DNA of 62,907 bases, the filler included. It is 12 parts of 12 records of this genome, joined end to end, with 100 filler letters (N's around TTAATTAATTAA, not from the genome) between each part and the next. Parts side by side here need not be neighbours in the genome. Positions count along the whole stretch, not along the records: positions 43,736 to 47,958 come from SRR7504441_19370; positions 48,059 to 54,357 come from SRR7504441_19372; positions 54,458 to 62,907 come from SRR7504441_19377; 9 more parts are not named here. One strand, given 5' to 3'. Positions within the stretch are counted from its first letter, which is position 1. Every line of letters begins with the position of its first letter. Of this stretch, positions 45,192-56,058 are shown one piece after another. The translations under genes and the position numbers were made by a program. Below the pieces are notes generated by a model. The model had not been told where the DNA came from, did no database searches, and saw nothing but the letters and a program-made list of their open reading frames with translations.

Positions 45192-47358
45192 ATGGACCTG
45201 GAGGCGGCGGCGGCGGAGGAGCCGGAGGAGCTGGAGGAGGGTGCGGCGGCGGAGGGGGCGCCCGGCGGCAAGAAGAAGCGGGGCAAGCGGAGCAAGAAGA
45301 AGAAGAAGCCCAGCGCGGCTTACCGACTGGAGGAGGCCGAACTGGTCGGCAGGCAGGCGGTCGCCACGCGCGAGCTGCCCGCGGGGGCCGAGCTGTTCGT
45401 GGAGCAGCCGTTTGCGGCGGTGCCGGTGTGCCCGGGGCTCTGTCACCACTGCCTGGCCCCGGCGGCCGCTCTGGAGTGCGGTGCGTGTGGCCAAGTCGTC
45501 TGGTGCGGCCCAGAGTGTCAGGCCGCCATGGCAACTATCCACCAACGCGAGTGCCCCGCGCTGCGCCAGATCGACCAGCTGGCCGCTCGGTGCCGCCGCC
45601 GCCCGGGCGCGGCTGACCATTGGGCTGCAGGCACGATACTGACCCGACACTGCTGCGGCTGGTTCTGCGGATTCTGTGCACTGCACGACCGAGCGAGGCC
45701 CGACAGGCGGGGGCGGTCCGGCCTGAGAAGTCGGCGGTGCGCGGGCTGGTGGGGCACGAGGACAGGCAGCCGGCGGACTGGCTGGGCTGCGTGAGTGCTG
45801 GGCTGAGCGAGTTACTCGAAGGAGTTGCTGAGGGTGAAGATGGGCTGAAACCAACGCTCGAGGAGGCGGTGCAGCTGGCCTGTGTGGTGAATTCGAATTC
45901 GCACAGCCTGAGCGACCCGGCCAGCCAGGCCAGCGTGGCGGCGGTCGGGGTGCGTAGCTGATCTGTGCCCGAGCGTGACGATGGGTTAGGTTCTCCCAGA
46001 GCTGTCCATGCTCAATCACTCGTGTGCGCCCAACTGCCACTACGTTGGGATAGAGGGCGGGTGCATGGCGGTCCGGACTGTCACAGCGGTGCTGACCGAT
46101 TTAATCCGCAACCGATTGTCACACTGTCACAGGTGCCAGCCGGGCAGCCGCTTACAGTGAGCTACGTGGACCTCTACCAGGACACGCGCGCACGAAGGTC
46201 CGCCGTTTCAAGCCAACCGAATCTCACACTCTCCCAGGGCCGAGCTGCTCAAGACTAAGTTCTTCCACTGCCAATGCCCGCGGTCTCAATAGCGCCTGGC
46301 CGACCCGTTGACTGTCATTCTAGGTGCTCTGCCCCAGGACCAGACCCGCTGGCGCTGCTCTGCTGCCCAAAGTGCCAATCCCGACTGCTGCTCCCCACCG
46401 AGCTGGACCCGCCCGGCCCAGCCGCGCCAGACCGCCAGTGCGAGCGCTGCAAGTATAAGCTCGCTTCGCATGTGCAGCAGCAGAGCTTGAATGAGGTCCT
46501 CGCAGCCCCCCACACATCACGAGCCTTGCCGCAGTGTGCCGAGGCGGTCGCTCGCGCCAAGCGGCTGCACCGGAGCCAGCAGAGTGCGCCGCGACGGTGG
46601 CTGAGTCTCACTAGCATGGCAGGCGCGGCCGCAAGGGAGCTGCTGGATGCGACCGGGAATAAGTACCGTGCCGGGCCCGGGGCGGATAAGAAGGTTGGCT
46701 GCCTGCTCCACCCGGACCATGCGCTCATGTTTGAAGCGGTGCGGCGGGCGGTGGCGAGGAGCCGATGGCCGGCAGGCGCTGACGCTGATGAATTGCTGCA
46801 CGGCCGAGGGCGACCTGGTCGCGAGCGCCAAGCACTGCCAGGCAATCCCATACTATACTACTTTAGCACTATACTACTTTAGTACTATACTACTGCTTTA
46901 CTAGCACTGCCAGGCAATCCCATACTACTGTACTACTATACTATAATATGCTATGCTGAGCCAGCGATGCCAGGCGGTTGTCCGAATGATGAGCACCCAC
47001 ATGCCAGAGAACTGCGGGGAGACTAGCAACTACATGCACTGGCACGCCGAGGTGACCGACCATAGCTGAGCTGTACTAGCCTGGTGGCAGCTGGTCCAGA
47101 GGATTCTGGAGCCAGATAACGGCCAGCTCGAGCAGCCGCATCAGAAGGGGATCCGGAACAAGCCTGGACGGAGGAAGCTCCCACCAAAGGCAAGGTTAGC
47201 CTTAATTGTGGTCTGTGAGCAGTGCGCAGCTGCTGGGGGCGTACAAAGCCGAGATGATACGCAGCCTGGAGCAATGCCGGCAGATGAGATCGGTCTGCTT
47301 TGGGGCGGAGCATCAGCTGACTGTGGAGGTGTCAGCAGTGCTGCGCTTAGCTGACTGA
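45192..47358 (+). CDS. SMYD-type SET + MYND lysine methyltransferase
   Basis: GRQAVATREL, CHHC...CGAC...WCGPECQ...HQREC, NSNSH, SMLNHSCAPNC, LTVSYVD, FHCQC; final exon VCFGAEH. Confidence 0.9.
46831..46955. repeat. 25-nt direct repeat across a splice donor plus TACTA low-complexity tract
   Basis: AGCACTGCCAGGCAATCCCATACTA at 46831-46855 and 46903-46927. Confidence 0.8.
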
Positions 47359-47603
47359 GCGCTAGGTGAACCGAGAATTGGCTGAGCTAGGGCACTAAGA
47401 GGGGCGTTCATCTTAGCTTTATTTAGATTAGAATGAATTAGCTAAATGAAAGCTAGGGTTAGGTACCTTCTTTGCATGTCATTTTGCTAGGTACCTGATG
47501 CTCAGAAACCTCAGGCTGCTGTACAGTACTGCTGACTGACTAAAACTGATCATGTTGGCAGTTCCGTTTCGGGGAGACGCGCTTGAGACCCTGTCAAATG
47601 TCA

Positions 47604-47958
47604 ATGCGCGCCTGGCTCCTCGTCACTGGACTCCTAGCCACGTCGGCGGCAGCACCACCGACGTGCAAGACGGTGAAGACGGCCTACAAGTCCAGCGGCT
47701 GTTGCGGCAAATCGGGCGACTTGTCTCGCACCGTGAGCGGGCTCGAGCAAGTGGCAGCCGCCCCTGGTTGGGCTGGACGGAGCTACAAGGTGCAACTGGG
47801 CCGGGCACGAGCCTGATCTGTGTGTGGCAGATCAACGTTCACCTGGGCAAGTACAACGGCATCCTGGCCGACTCACCGCTGACCGAGCAGGAGGGTGCTA
47901 TTTATAGCACGTGGTTTATTCTTACAACGCGCTACCAGTGGGAGAGACTTGCGCGCAT
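47604..47958 (+). CDS. Secreted protein with N-terminal TCxxVKxxYKxxGCCG motif (3'-truncated)
   Basis: Signal peptide MRAWLLVTGLLATSAAA, then PPTCKTVKTAYKSSGCCGK; one short intron. Confidence 0.6.
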
Positions 47959-48058
47959 NNNNNNNNNNNNNNNNNNNNNNNNNNNNNNNNNNNNNNNNNN
48001 NNTTAATTAATTAANNNNNNNNNNNNNNNNNNNNNNNNNNNNNNNNNNNNNNNNNNNN
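47959..48058. other. Artificial contig linker
   Basis: Same 100-nt pattern. Confidence 0.98.
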
Positions 48059-49475
48059 CCCCCCCCGCTCGACATCCGGATGCTCCCGGGCCCATCGCGA
48101 GGCGCTGCACCAGTAACGGCCGCACTGGTTGCACGCGCCCACCTTGTGCAGGCGGAACAGCTTCCCTTCATACGGACGGACGACGGTCGGCCCACCCACG
48201 TCTGCCTGAGGTGCTTCGTTGGGCTCGGCACGAACAATCACTGCTGTCGCGGCCTCGCCGGCCTTGGCGCCCTGGCTGTCTGCGAGCGCCAGGGCGCAGG
48301 TGAACGAGCCCGGCGGCAGCCCGAGGCTGACCACGAGCGCGTCAGTGGCTGTGGCCGCGATGCCTCCGTCGGATCCGGTACATCTCCAGCTGATATCAGT
48401 GAGCAGGTCGCCTTCGGGGTCGAACGAGCCGCTCCCGTCCAGGGTGACCAGCGCCAGCTGGGTGCCGGGCAGGCCGTCGTGCGGCACGGTCACATCCTGC
48501 CCCGAGATCAGGCCTGCCGAGAGCTAAAGTCGCACCAGAGTCTCAGCCACTTTGGCAAACGGCGGTTGGTTTGCTGGCGGAGCCCGCACTGTAAGCGTCT
48601 GTGTGAAGCTGCCCTGGGCCCCGTACGGATCCGTGACGGTCAACTCGCAGCTGTGCTCGCCCGCTTCGAGCGCTGAAGTGTGCACCTCGAGCCCGTTGAA
48701 CGAGACCCCGCCGCATCGCCACACCGCACTCGTGATCGGATCGCACACGGTCGCCCGGGTGCCCTGGGCTGACCGGGTGATCCAGCAGTCCGGGTCGGAG
48801 CCAGTTCCTGCCAGGACCACTTCGGGGAGTCCGTCCCCTGCCCTAGGGCTAGCGAACTCCGTAGGGCTGCCCCCCCGCCAGCCAGCCACCTGTCCAATCC
48901 AGTCACCCCCCCAAACTGGGTGCTGTGGCTCACCGGCGCCGTGTTGGGCTCATCAAGGACCGTGATCTCAACCTGCCGCCACCCGACCGCCACTTTGCCC
49001 GCAACTGAGGCCGTGCATCTGTGCGACCCGGCAGGCAGGCTGATCTCAATCGCCGAACCGGGCATCACCACCCCGCGGTCGGCCTCGTTGCAGTCGGTCC
49101 GCCAATAGGGCAGCCGGCCGTCGGTGGTGGGACTGCACGCGGCCCGCTCCCAAGGGCCGTCCGCCACCTGCCCGTCAAGTTCTATGCCGGCCGGGGCTAG
49201 CCAGGACCGTCTGGCCGATGGGGCAGCTCCAGTTGTACGCCAGCCAGTCGTGCGGCGCGTCGGTCACGACGGCCTCCAGCCGGACTAGCGCGCTGGCGGA
49301 GGTCGGATCCCCGTCGTGCGGGATGGTGACGCCTGTTAGCGTCAGCGGCTCGTTCGAGCTGAGCAAGGCCTGTCCGTCGGGGGGTCAGCGGGTCGGCAGG
49401 GCGGCGGACCAGCGGGATCACGCCGGCTGCGGCCAGTGAGCCGCACAGCAAGCCAAGTGCCCACGCTCTCGCCAT
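48059..49475 (-). CDS. Secreted/surface protein with PKD-like Ig repeats (3'-truncated)
   Basis: Signal peptide MARAWALGLLCGSLAAA; VTIPHDGDP, LTVTDPYGAQ, ANQPPFA, VTLDGSGSFDPEGD, PNEAPQADVG. Confidence 0.7.
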
Positions 49476-49517
49476 TGGGCTCCGAAATATTCCAACGGCT
49501 CTCAGTCTGGTACCCAG
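49476..49517. promoter_or_regulatory. 42-nt divergent intergenic region with CAACGG motif
   Basis: Lies between ATG 49475(-) and ATG 49518(+); CAACGG at 49493-49498. Confidence 0.6.
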
Positions 49518-51080
49518 ATGCAAGAGGACGAGGACGAGCTGCGGCGTTCGTTCCGGCTGGCCGAGGACGAGAGCTTGTGGCGGGAGGACCAGGGCAACCG
49601 CTGCCCACCGCTCTGCGCCGGCAGGCTCAGGTTCGTGGGCGTCTTCACCAAAACCCGCCCGCGCGAGCACGACGCCGGTGCGGAGCGCGGCGGCCGGCGG
49701 GAGGGCGGCCGGCAGATCGGGCGAGCACGGTGACCGAGGTGTTTGTAGATTTGGTCTACATCTTCGTGCTCCAGGCAGCGTGGCCTGCGGCACAGCGCTG
49801 ACCGCCGCGGTTGCAGGCGATGCTCCAGAACAATATCAACGGCGCCGGGCCGCTCGGGCGGTTTGTGCTCACCTACGCGGCTATGTTCAACTCGTGGCTC
49901 GGGAACGCCTTCTAGTGCGCCCCACCCCGGGGCTGCCCCCGAGCGGGCCGGGCAGCAACACTCGGTTCGACCAGGAGGATTTCATCAGCCAGGCGCTGGT
50001 GTTGCTCGCAATGCTCGGTGTGATCGGGATGGCGTCGGCTATACCGCTTGAGTGGGGCGGGGCCCCGGCCGACACGATGGAGGACGGGCTCACGAGATTC
50101 GCCGTCTTCTACGCTGCTGTCCGGGCGGTTCTGATAATCAATTATATCAGGGCGTGGCTGGCGATGCCGCCGGTCCGGGCTCTACTGGGTGGGTTCGTAG
50201 TGGGGTTCGGGCTGGGCTGCGGCTGCTGGGTCGGGGCAGGGCTTGGCTCGGACAATGTTTGGGTGCGCGGGGTGCTGGTGGGGTTGGGGTTCGTATTTGA
50301 CTACGGGACGCCGTTCGGGCTGTTGCCTTGGATGATCAGAGTGCATCACACGCACATGACTGAGAGGTTCTTCTGCATCACCCAGATGGCGTTTGCGGGC
50401 ACTATTTTCATGTTTGTGGGGAACATAATGAGCATAGTGCATCAGGTGCTACGACCGTTGTACTATAATTATTCAATAACACTGACGTCATTGCGATGCA
50501 GGTGTCGGTGGTGAAAGTTCTGCAGGTCGGGGCGCTTGGGCTGCTGGTAGTCTATCCGTTCCAGCTGCTTCACGCTCGAGACACCGGCCCGTGGGTGCAG
50601 CGGTTTGAGTCGAGTACCCAGCACAGGCTCCGGGCGTATGCCTGGCTCTACATTCACATGCCCCTCACGATGGCCATCATGCTGGTCGGCGACTCGATGG
50701 CCAACGGCATTCAGATCAGTGACTTGCACTTCAAGAGAGCCCAAGCCGACTGGCACAGGGCCATGCTCTGCCTCAGTGCGGGCGTGTTCCACGTATTACT
50801 CGGGCTGCTGCATCTACTATCGGCTCCGAGCGTGGCACCGGTCGAGAAGAGGAAGCGATGGGTAATGCGATTCGGGGCGGCAGCGGTGCTGCTCGGCCTC
50901 GGGCTATCGGACTGGCCGGCGGTGCGCGTGTTGGTGACGATTAGCGTGGTGGGGCTCACGGAGGTGGTGGTGGATGCGCTGCACTTCACGCGATCAAGCT
51001 CTGGCTCGGGTCTAGAGAACAAGATTTCGGACCCGTGGTCCGACCAGCTCGGCGAGGTCCCACAGCACGAGTGGCCATGA
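49518..51080 (+). CDS. Low temperature requirement A (LtrA) family membrane protein
   Basis: TEVFVDLVYIF, NTRFDQED, HMTERF, YAWLYIHMPL; about ten TM segments; several short introns. Confidence 0.8.
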
Positions 51081-51258
51081 CATTTCGATGAATCGGTCGC
51101 ATTCGATCGTATCGTTGATTTATTAGAAAGTATTGTAGTTTAAACTTGTTCTTATTTCATTCAAGAATTAGCTCCCACTAATAGAACCCATTGAAAAATT
51201 ACATACAAGTACATATACATTTAGTATTATACTGGTATTTTCATTGATTTAACATTTG

Positions 51259-54200
51259 TCAAATGGTAATATCGAATGGTTCTCTACTCGGACCCTTGCT
51301 TTCCCCATTAGATCTAGAGTGGCTTGCAACTGGATGGTGTGCGAGCACGTTGGTCTCCAACCTGATCTCGTCAGGACTATTGTCGCTCTTAGGGCTCGGC
51401 AACTCCGCCTCACTCTCGCTAAGATCGTCGCGCCTAAGCTCGGAACGGGGCCAGCAGCAGTCGGGGCACCATGTGGGCTTCTCGCTCAACCAGCACCACT
51501 CGTTCGGGTTCTCTTCATAGTGCGGATCGGGCTGCAGCGAATCTCCCTGATGTTTTCTAAACTGGAGCAGCTCCGGACGCTTGGTCAGCAGCACCTGCCA
51601 CGAGCTGTGATCACGGGTAGGCTGGACTCTAGTGTCACCCATAGGTTGATTCGATTCACAAACTGCTCCCTCCGCAAGTGTGCGGCCTTCTCCTCCGCAG
51701 GGAGCGATTGGAGCTGGACCACGGCCGGTCAGTGGCGTGCGGGACTGGCGAGCGGACCCGGCGAGCCGACTGGAGCCACTCCTGAGACATGACTGTCAGA
51801 ATCGGGTTCTGAAGGTTGTTCAGCAGCATGGCCTGTCCAACAGCAGTTAGATCTGGACCAGCCAGCGGCTCACAGCAGCGTTGGTCGCGCGGTAGGTGAT
51901 GTCGAAACTGCACCATTCCCTGCTGAAGATCGTGTACTCAAACTGGAACAGAGAGAGAAACGAGAGCCCGAACAGGAAAGCGACCCTGAACCATATGTAC
52001 AGCCGGCCAACGAGATGAAATAGGAAGCAAGCGAAAACGAAGAGAACTGAGAACAGGGTCGGGTTGATCACAGTCAGCCCTCGGGCAGCAGCGTTGTTGA
52101 CAACTGAATATCCAAACAAGTTCTCCAACGCAGCAATGCAGCATATGGCCCCGATCTTCGGACCAAGAGTCGAAGCAAACCAGGTGAAAACAGGCCCCGC
52201 GCACACCACGATCAAAATGTAAAGAATGAAGGCCGGGAAGAAGGGCGCTATGGCGATCTGACTCACAGCCACGCCAAAGAACTGGGCGGCATAATGAGAC
52301 TTGAGCAGATGATGCGGCTCCCAGCTCTGGTCGTACTGGGCCTGGACAGCACTGAGCGGCTGCGGTCGGGCAAGAATCACCTGAGTGCCTTTGCGCAGCC
52401 GCATGGATACCCTTGAAAACCCACGGACCAGTCGAAAGAAAAGCAAAATCGACAGCGCGGCCCAAGCCGCAAATGCAGTCCAGTACGCGACATCAAATAC
52501 TCGATACCACCTGCCCAGCTACAGATGAGTGTGTGCCAGAGCGCTGGGAGACCCATCGAGACAGTTTGAAATAAAGTGGATCGTATCATGAACAATCACA
52601 ATTGCGCTCGCCCAAGTGCCGTCCGTGCAAGCCTGGTAGTAAGCCCCGCTATCTAGCGCAGCGCAGATCACCGCTCCAACGTCACTCCACTGCTTGCTAC
52701 TGCTAGTCCACGCACTGGCGGCTTCTGGCCCAAGCGAGCTGCTGATTTGTGTGACTATTGCCTCCAACGGCAACTGGAGCACGTCGCTGCTATCCGCATT
52801 GCAGTTTGCAGACTGCGCTATGTACGTGCGGTAAGCGGCACACTGGTTGTTCTGCAGCGCTATGGGCTGCCCTTGCACAAAGTCGCTGAGCACCGTAGCG
52901 AAACGGTCGACGGTGTCAAAGGAGTAAGCCCACTCTCGCACATTCTCGTAACTATCTACATCCTCCACGAAGAAATATCTGCAGCCCCCATGGTCGGCTC
53001 TGGACTCAGCGGCAGGCCACCGTTCGGGCTCGTTGGCCCTAAAGATATAGGCCATACCCATCGGAACGGCCGCGGCAACAGCAAACAAGACCGCAAGAAG
53101 TACGAACGTGGGGAAGGCGAACACTTGGTCCACAGTCGGGGCCACAAGCCTCCATAGCTTCAGCCGGATAGACTCACAAAAGCTAAACTGCGGATCCTGC
53201 TCGCCCTGCTCGCGTTGGATCAAGTCGGCGTACTGATCCTCATAGTAGTCGAAATAATGCGGGTGGTGCTTGTCCTTCTTGCACCACCGCAAGAAACTTC
53301 CAACTGCGGCATGATCAGTCCAGGCGGCCGGAGCGTCAACTCACAGCAGAACAAGTCCTTCTTGGGAGGCATGGGCTCGACGGCCGCGCCCAGCGCCCGT
53401 TTGACGTAATTAGTGACATTGCGCTGCCGCATCTCCCAGTAGCCTTTGTAGCCACAGCACAGGATCATCACAACCGGCCTGCAACTAGAGCTCATGCAGG
53501 ACAGCGAGCAGCCCACCCTAGCTGCGGCAGAATTAGGGTCCACAGCCGGAGCGTGTACGCGAAGCCTACCTCGTCCTGCTGAGCACTGGGCGAGTAGAAT
53601 GAAAACCCGAGCCACATGTACATAAATGAACTGGCTGCCCCTAGGAATATCCACCCGCGAGGCAGGAACGCGTTATTCCCAATCAATGCCAGCGAGCACA
53701 TGACGGGCGCGAGCAGAGCAGCCACCACCTCGGCTGCGAAAGTGGCGAAGTCCTTGGCCTCGCCGTCGGCCTTGTGGTAATCGTTCCCGCCTGCCTGGTA
53801 TATCCGCTCGAGGCACTCTTCAACCATAGACCAACCCTCGTCCGACTCCACGTACGTAAGGGTCATGATAAGCGTCACACTCAGCGCTGTCCAGTATCGG
53901 CTGCGCACACGATCATAGAGCAGGTCCATGGGCGCCCACCAGCGCGACCAGACCGGGTGGTCGCCGGTGAGGCCATACTCGCGTAGCACCACGGAGATCC
54001 TCAGGTCGTCCCTCTTGGGGGAGTTGGGGCAGTCCGGCTCCGGCTCCGGCTCCGGCTTGGGAGCCCGCCTGGCTGCCGCTGCGGCTGCGGCCAGTGCTGC
54101 GACCTGCTTACCCAGCTCCCGTCTGCTGTTGGCCTGCTCTTCGGCTTGCTGCTGCCGCTTCTGCCGCCGCAGCGCACGGTAGTGCGCCCCGACGGCGGCT

Positions 54201-54271
54201 TCGGCTGCAGCCAACTGGCGGCGCAGAGATTCGACCCGCTGCTGCAGCTCCGCGGGCGGCTCCTCCACCAT
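51259..54271 (-). CDS. Polytopic membrane protein with STRA6-like C-terminal region
   Basis: Seven overlapping minus ORFs appear to be joined by short introns (two junctions checked); INPTLFSVL...GRLYIWFRVAFLFG...EYTIFSREWCSFDITY...NLQNPIL...WQVLLTKRPELLQFRK resembles STRA6 from memory. Confidence 0.55.
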
Positions 54272-54357
54272 GGTGGCTCGTCGACTTGCCGTTACAGATC
54301 GTAGATCTACAGTCGTACTGGTGGTATAATTAGCTTTTCCGGGTAAGTCGATTTCAC

Positions 54358-54457
54358 NNNNNNNNNNNNNNNNNNNNNNNNNNNNNNNNNNNNNNNNNNN
54401 NTTAATTAATTAANNNNNNNNNNNNNNNNNNNNNNNNNNNNNNNNNNNNNNNNNNNN
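54358..54457. other. Artificial contig linker
   Basis: Same 100-nt pattern. Confidence 0.98.
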
Positions 54458-54637
54458 GGGGATCGCCGCAACGAGGGCGGAGGAGGGCGGAGGAGGGCAG
54501 GCGCGTACCGGGGGCAGTGACTTCGAGCTAGTTCCTTCGTCTGGCGTCGTGGACACCACCGCCAAAGCGACCGACATTCCGATGGCAGCGATTCCCACGC
54601 CCAACGCAACAAACTTCATCACCTGGCTACCGGCCAT
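54458..54637 (-). CDS. 5' fragment of a signal-anchored protein
   Basis: MAGSQVMKFVALGVGIAAIGMSVALAVV, open to the contig edge. Confidence 0.5.
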
Positions 54638-54723
54638 CTTGCTGTGCTCGGGGATGGATGACGTAGGCCCTAACCGACTGTCATAACGTAAAAATAACGG
54701 CACTCTAGGCGGCTCTCCTGGCT

Positions 54724-55818
54724 ATGGCACCAGTGTGGGAACGGGGCGTTCCCTTTGCCCTGTACAAGTACCAACAGGAGAAGGTCGCAGGGGAGGAGAA
54801 GCGTGTGGCCGATCTGCTGGTTTGCTCCCAGAGATTGGTGCAGATGGCGAACGAGTGCTGGTCCTTCGATCCTGTGGCTAGCGCGGCGCTGGAGTCGCGC
54901 GCTGACCACTGGCGTAGCGAGGCATTCAAGGAAAAGAGCCGAGGCACCCGGGGCCTGGCTTCCACCATCCTCCCATCGGATGCGCTAGTGCTCATGGCTA
55001 GACACTACGGCATGGCCTATGGCCTGCTCACAATGAGCGCTGTGTGCGGCCAGTGGCGCGGCGCGATCAAACAGTCCTGGGAGCAGCTATGGCGCCACGT
55101 AGCTATCATTCGCTTTCCACGTGTCGAAGCCCTCGCTGCTGTGGACCGCAATGCCATGAGCTGGCGCAATGTCTACGAATGTCAACTAGCTGAAGATCAC
55201 ACAAATTACCGCGCACCAATCGATACTCGAAGCTTCCCTGCGCCCAACGCCACTGAATTCGTGCTTTCCGTCAAGCTTGAACTCCCTTGGATCGACGGTG
55301 ATGGATGGCACTGCGTGAAGAAACTCGAGGAGACAAGCAGGCTGCCTCACCCAGGTCCAGGTTCAGTTTTAATGTCAGCGAGACTGTGGGAATCGCAATC
55401 CCTTTGGTGGAACGAGTGGTGGAACACTCAAATCCAGAGGTTGGAACCTGAGGGTCATTCCAATGACTCCAGGATCTCTGTTTGGATCTCGCGTGGAATG
55501 AAAACGTCTGAGCTGCTATTGAGTGCAACGATGAGCGACTATGATCTGGGAGCTAGGGCAATGTTTTTCGAACGCTCCTTTGCCGGTTTGGGGACAGGTT
55601 ATTATGGGTCGGCCGGGTATGGATTTGCTACGATGGAGCTCCGAAACCAACAGCTATGCTTCTACTATTCCAATCTCGAAAACCGAAACTTTCGTGTGGA
55701 CAATGACTCGATCTTGTGCGGGTTTAGTAGACTACTTCAATTCGACCCCTCTCCACGTGATTTCGATTTTGATCAAGGGTGTAGGTTGACCAATAGTCTT
55801 GGCATGGATTTAGAGTAG
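54724..55818 (+). CDS. F-box-like protein
   Basis: LPSDALVLMARH...LLTMSAVCGQWR...EQLWRH...RFP. Intronless 364-aa ORF. Confidence 0.6.
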   Translation: MAPVWERGVPFALYKYQQEKVAGEEKRVADLLVCSQRLVQMANECWSFDPVASAALESRADHWRSEAFKEKSRGTRGLASTILPSDALVLMARHYGMAYGLLTMSAVCGQWRGAIKQSWEQLWRHVAIIRFPRVEALAAVDRNAMSWRNVYECQLAEDHTNYRAPIDTRSFPAPNATEFVLSVKLELPWIDGDGWHCVKKLEETSRLPHPGPGSVLMSARLWESQSLWWNEWWNTQIQRLEPEGHSNDSRISVWISRGMKTSELLLSATMSDYDLGARAMFFERSFAGLGTGYYGSAGYGFATMELRNQQLCFYYSNLENRNFRVDNDSILCGFSRLLQFDPSPRDFDFDQGCRLTNSLGMDLE

Positions 55819-55959
55819 GGGTAGATTATAAGGGGCTGGAAGCATACACAGTATTGGTACCATACAAAACCGTATACATGAACTCTGGTGTCAATCTAGT
55901 TGCAATTTGAGCTAAATCGCGATGCAATTGTAAGCTTACGTTGTACAGGAGTCCCTCGG

Positions 55960-55993
55960 TACAAGTACCTGGTACCTAGGTACTTGTAAATAC
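55960..55993. repeat. GTAC-rich 11-bp inverted repeat
   Basis: TACAAGTACCT (55960-55970) / AGGTACTTGTA (55978-55988). Confidence 0.7.
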
Positions 55994-56058
55994 TGCGGGT
56001 CTTTCAGTGGCACCGTGGCACCGTTTTCTGGACAAACTCACAGCCGTTGGGACTGAGA

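Noticed and set aside
44229-45794. Long antisense or alternative-frame ORFs (e.g. 44229-45794, 45138-46040, 59620-60660, 36476-37285) as overlapping genes
   Set aside because: Arg/Pro/Ala/Gly-rich shadow ORFs expected at high GC opposite real genes. Only the 45192+ part of the first is real (SMYD exon 1).
47450-47465. Telomere-like GGGTTAGG
   Set aside because: Single copy with no tandem array.
9298-54457. Regularly recurring TTAATTAATTAA flanked by N-runs, as a biological repeat or CRISPR-like array
   Set aside because: Eleven identical 100-nt blocks with stops in all six frames: an assembly concatenation linker. Cross-linker neighbourhoods were not interpreted.
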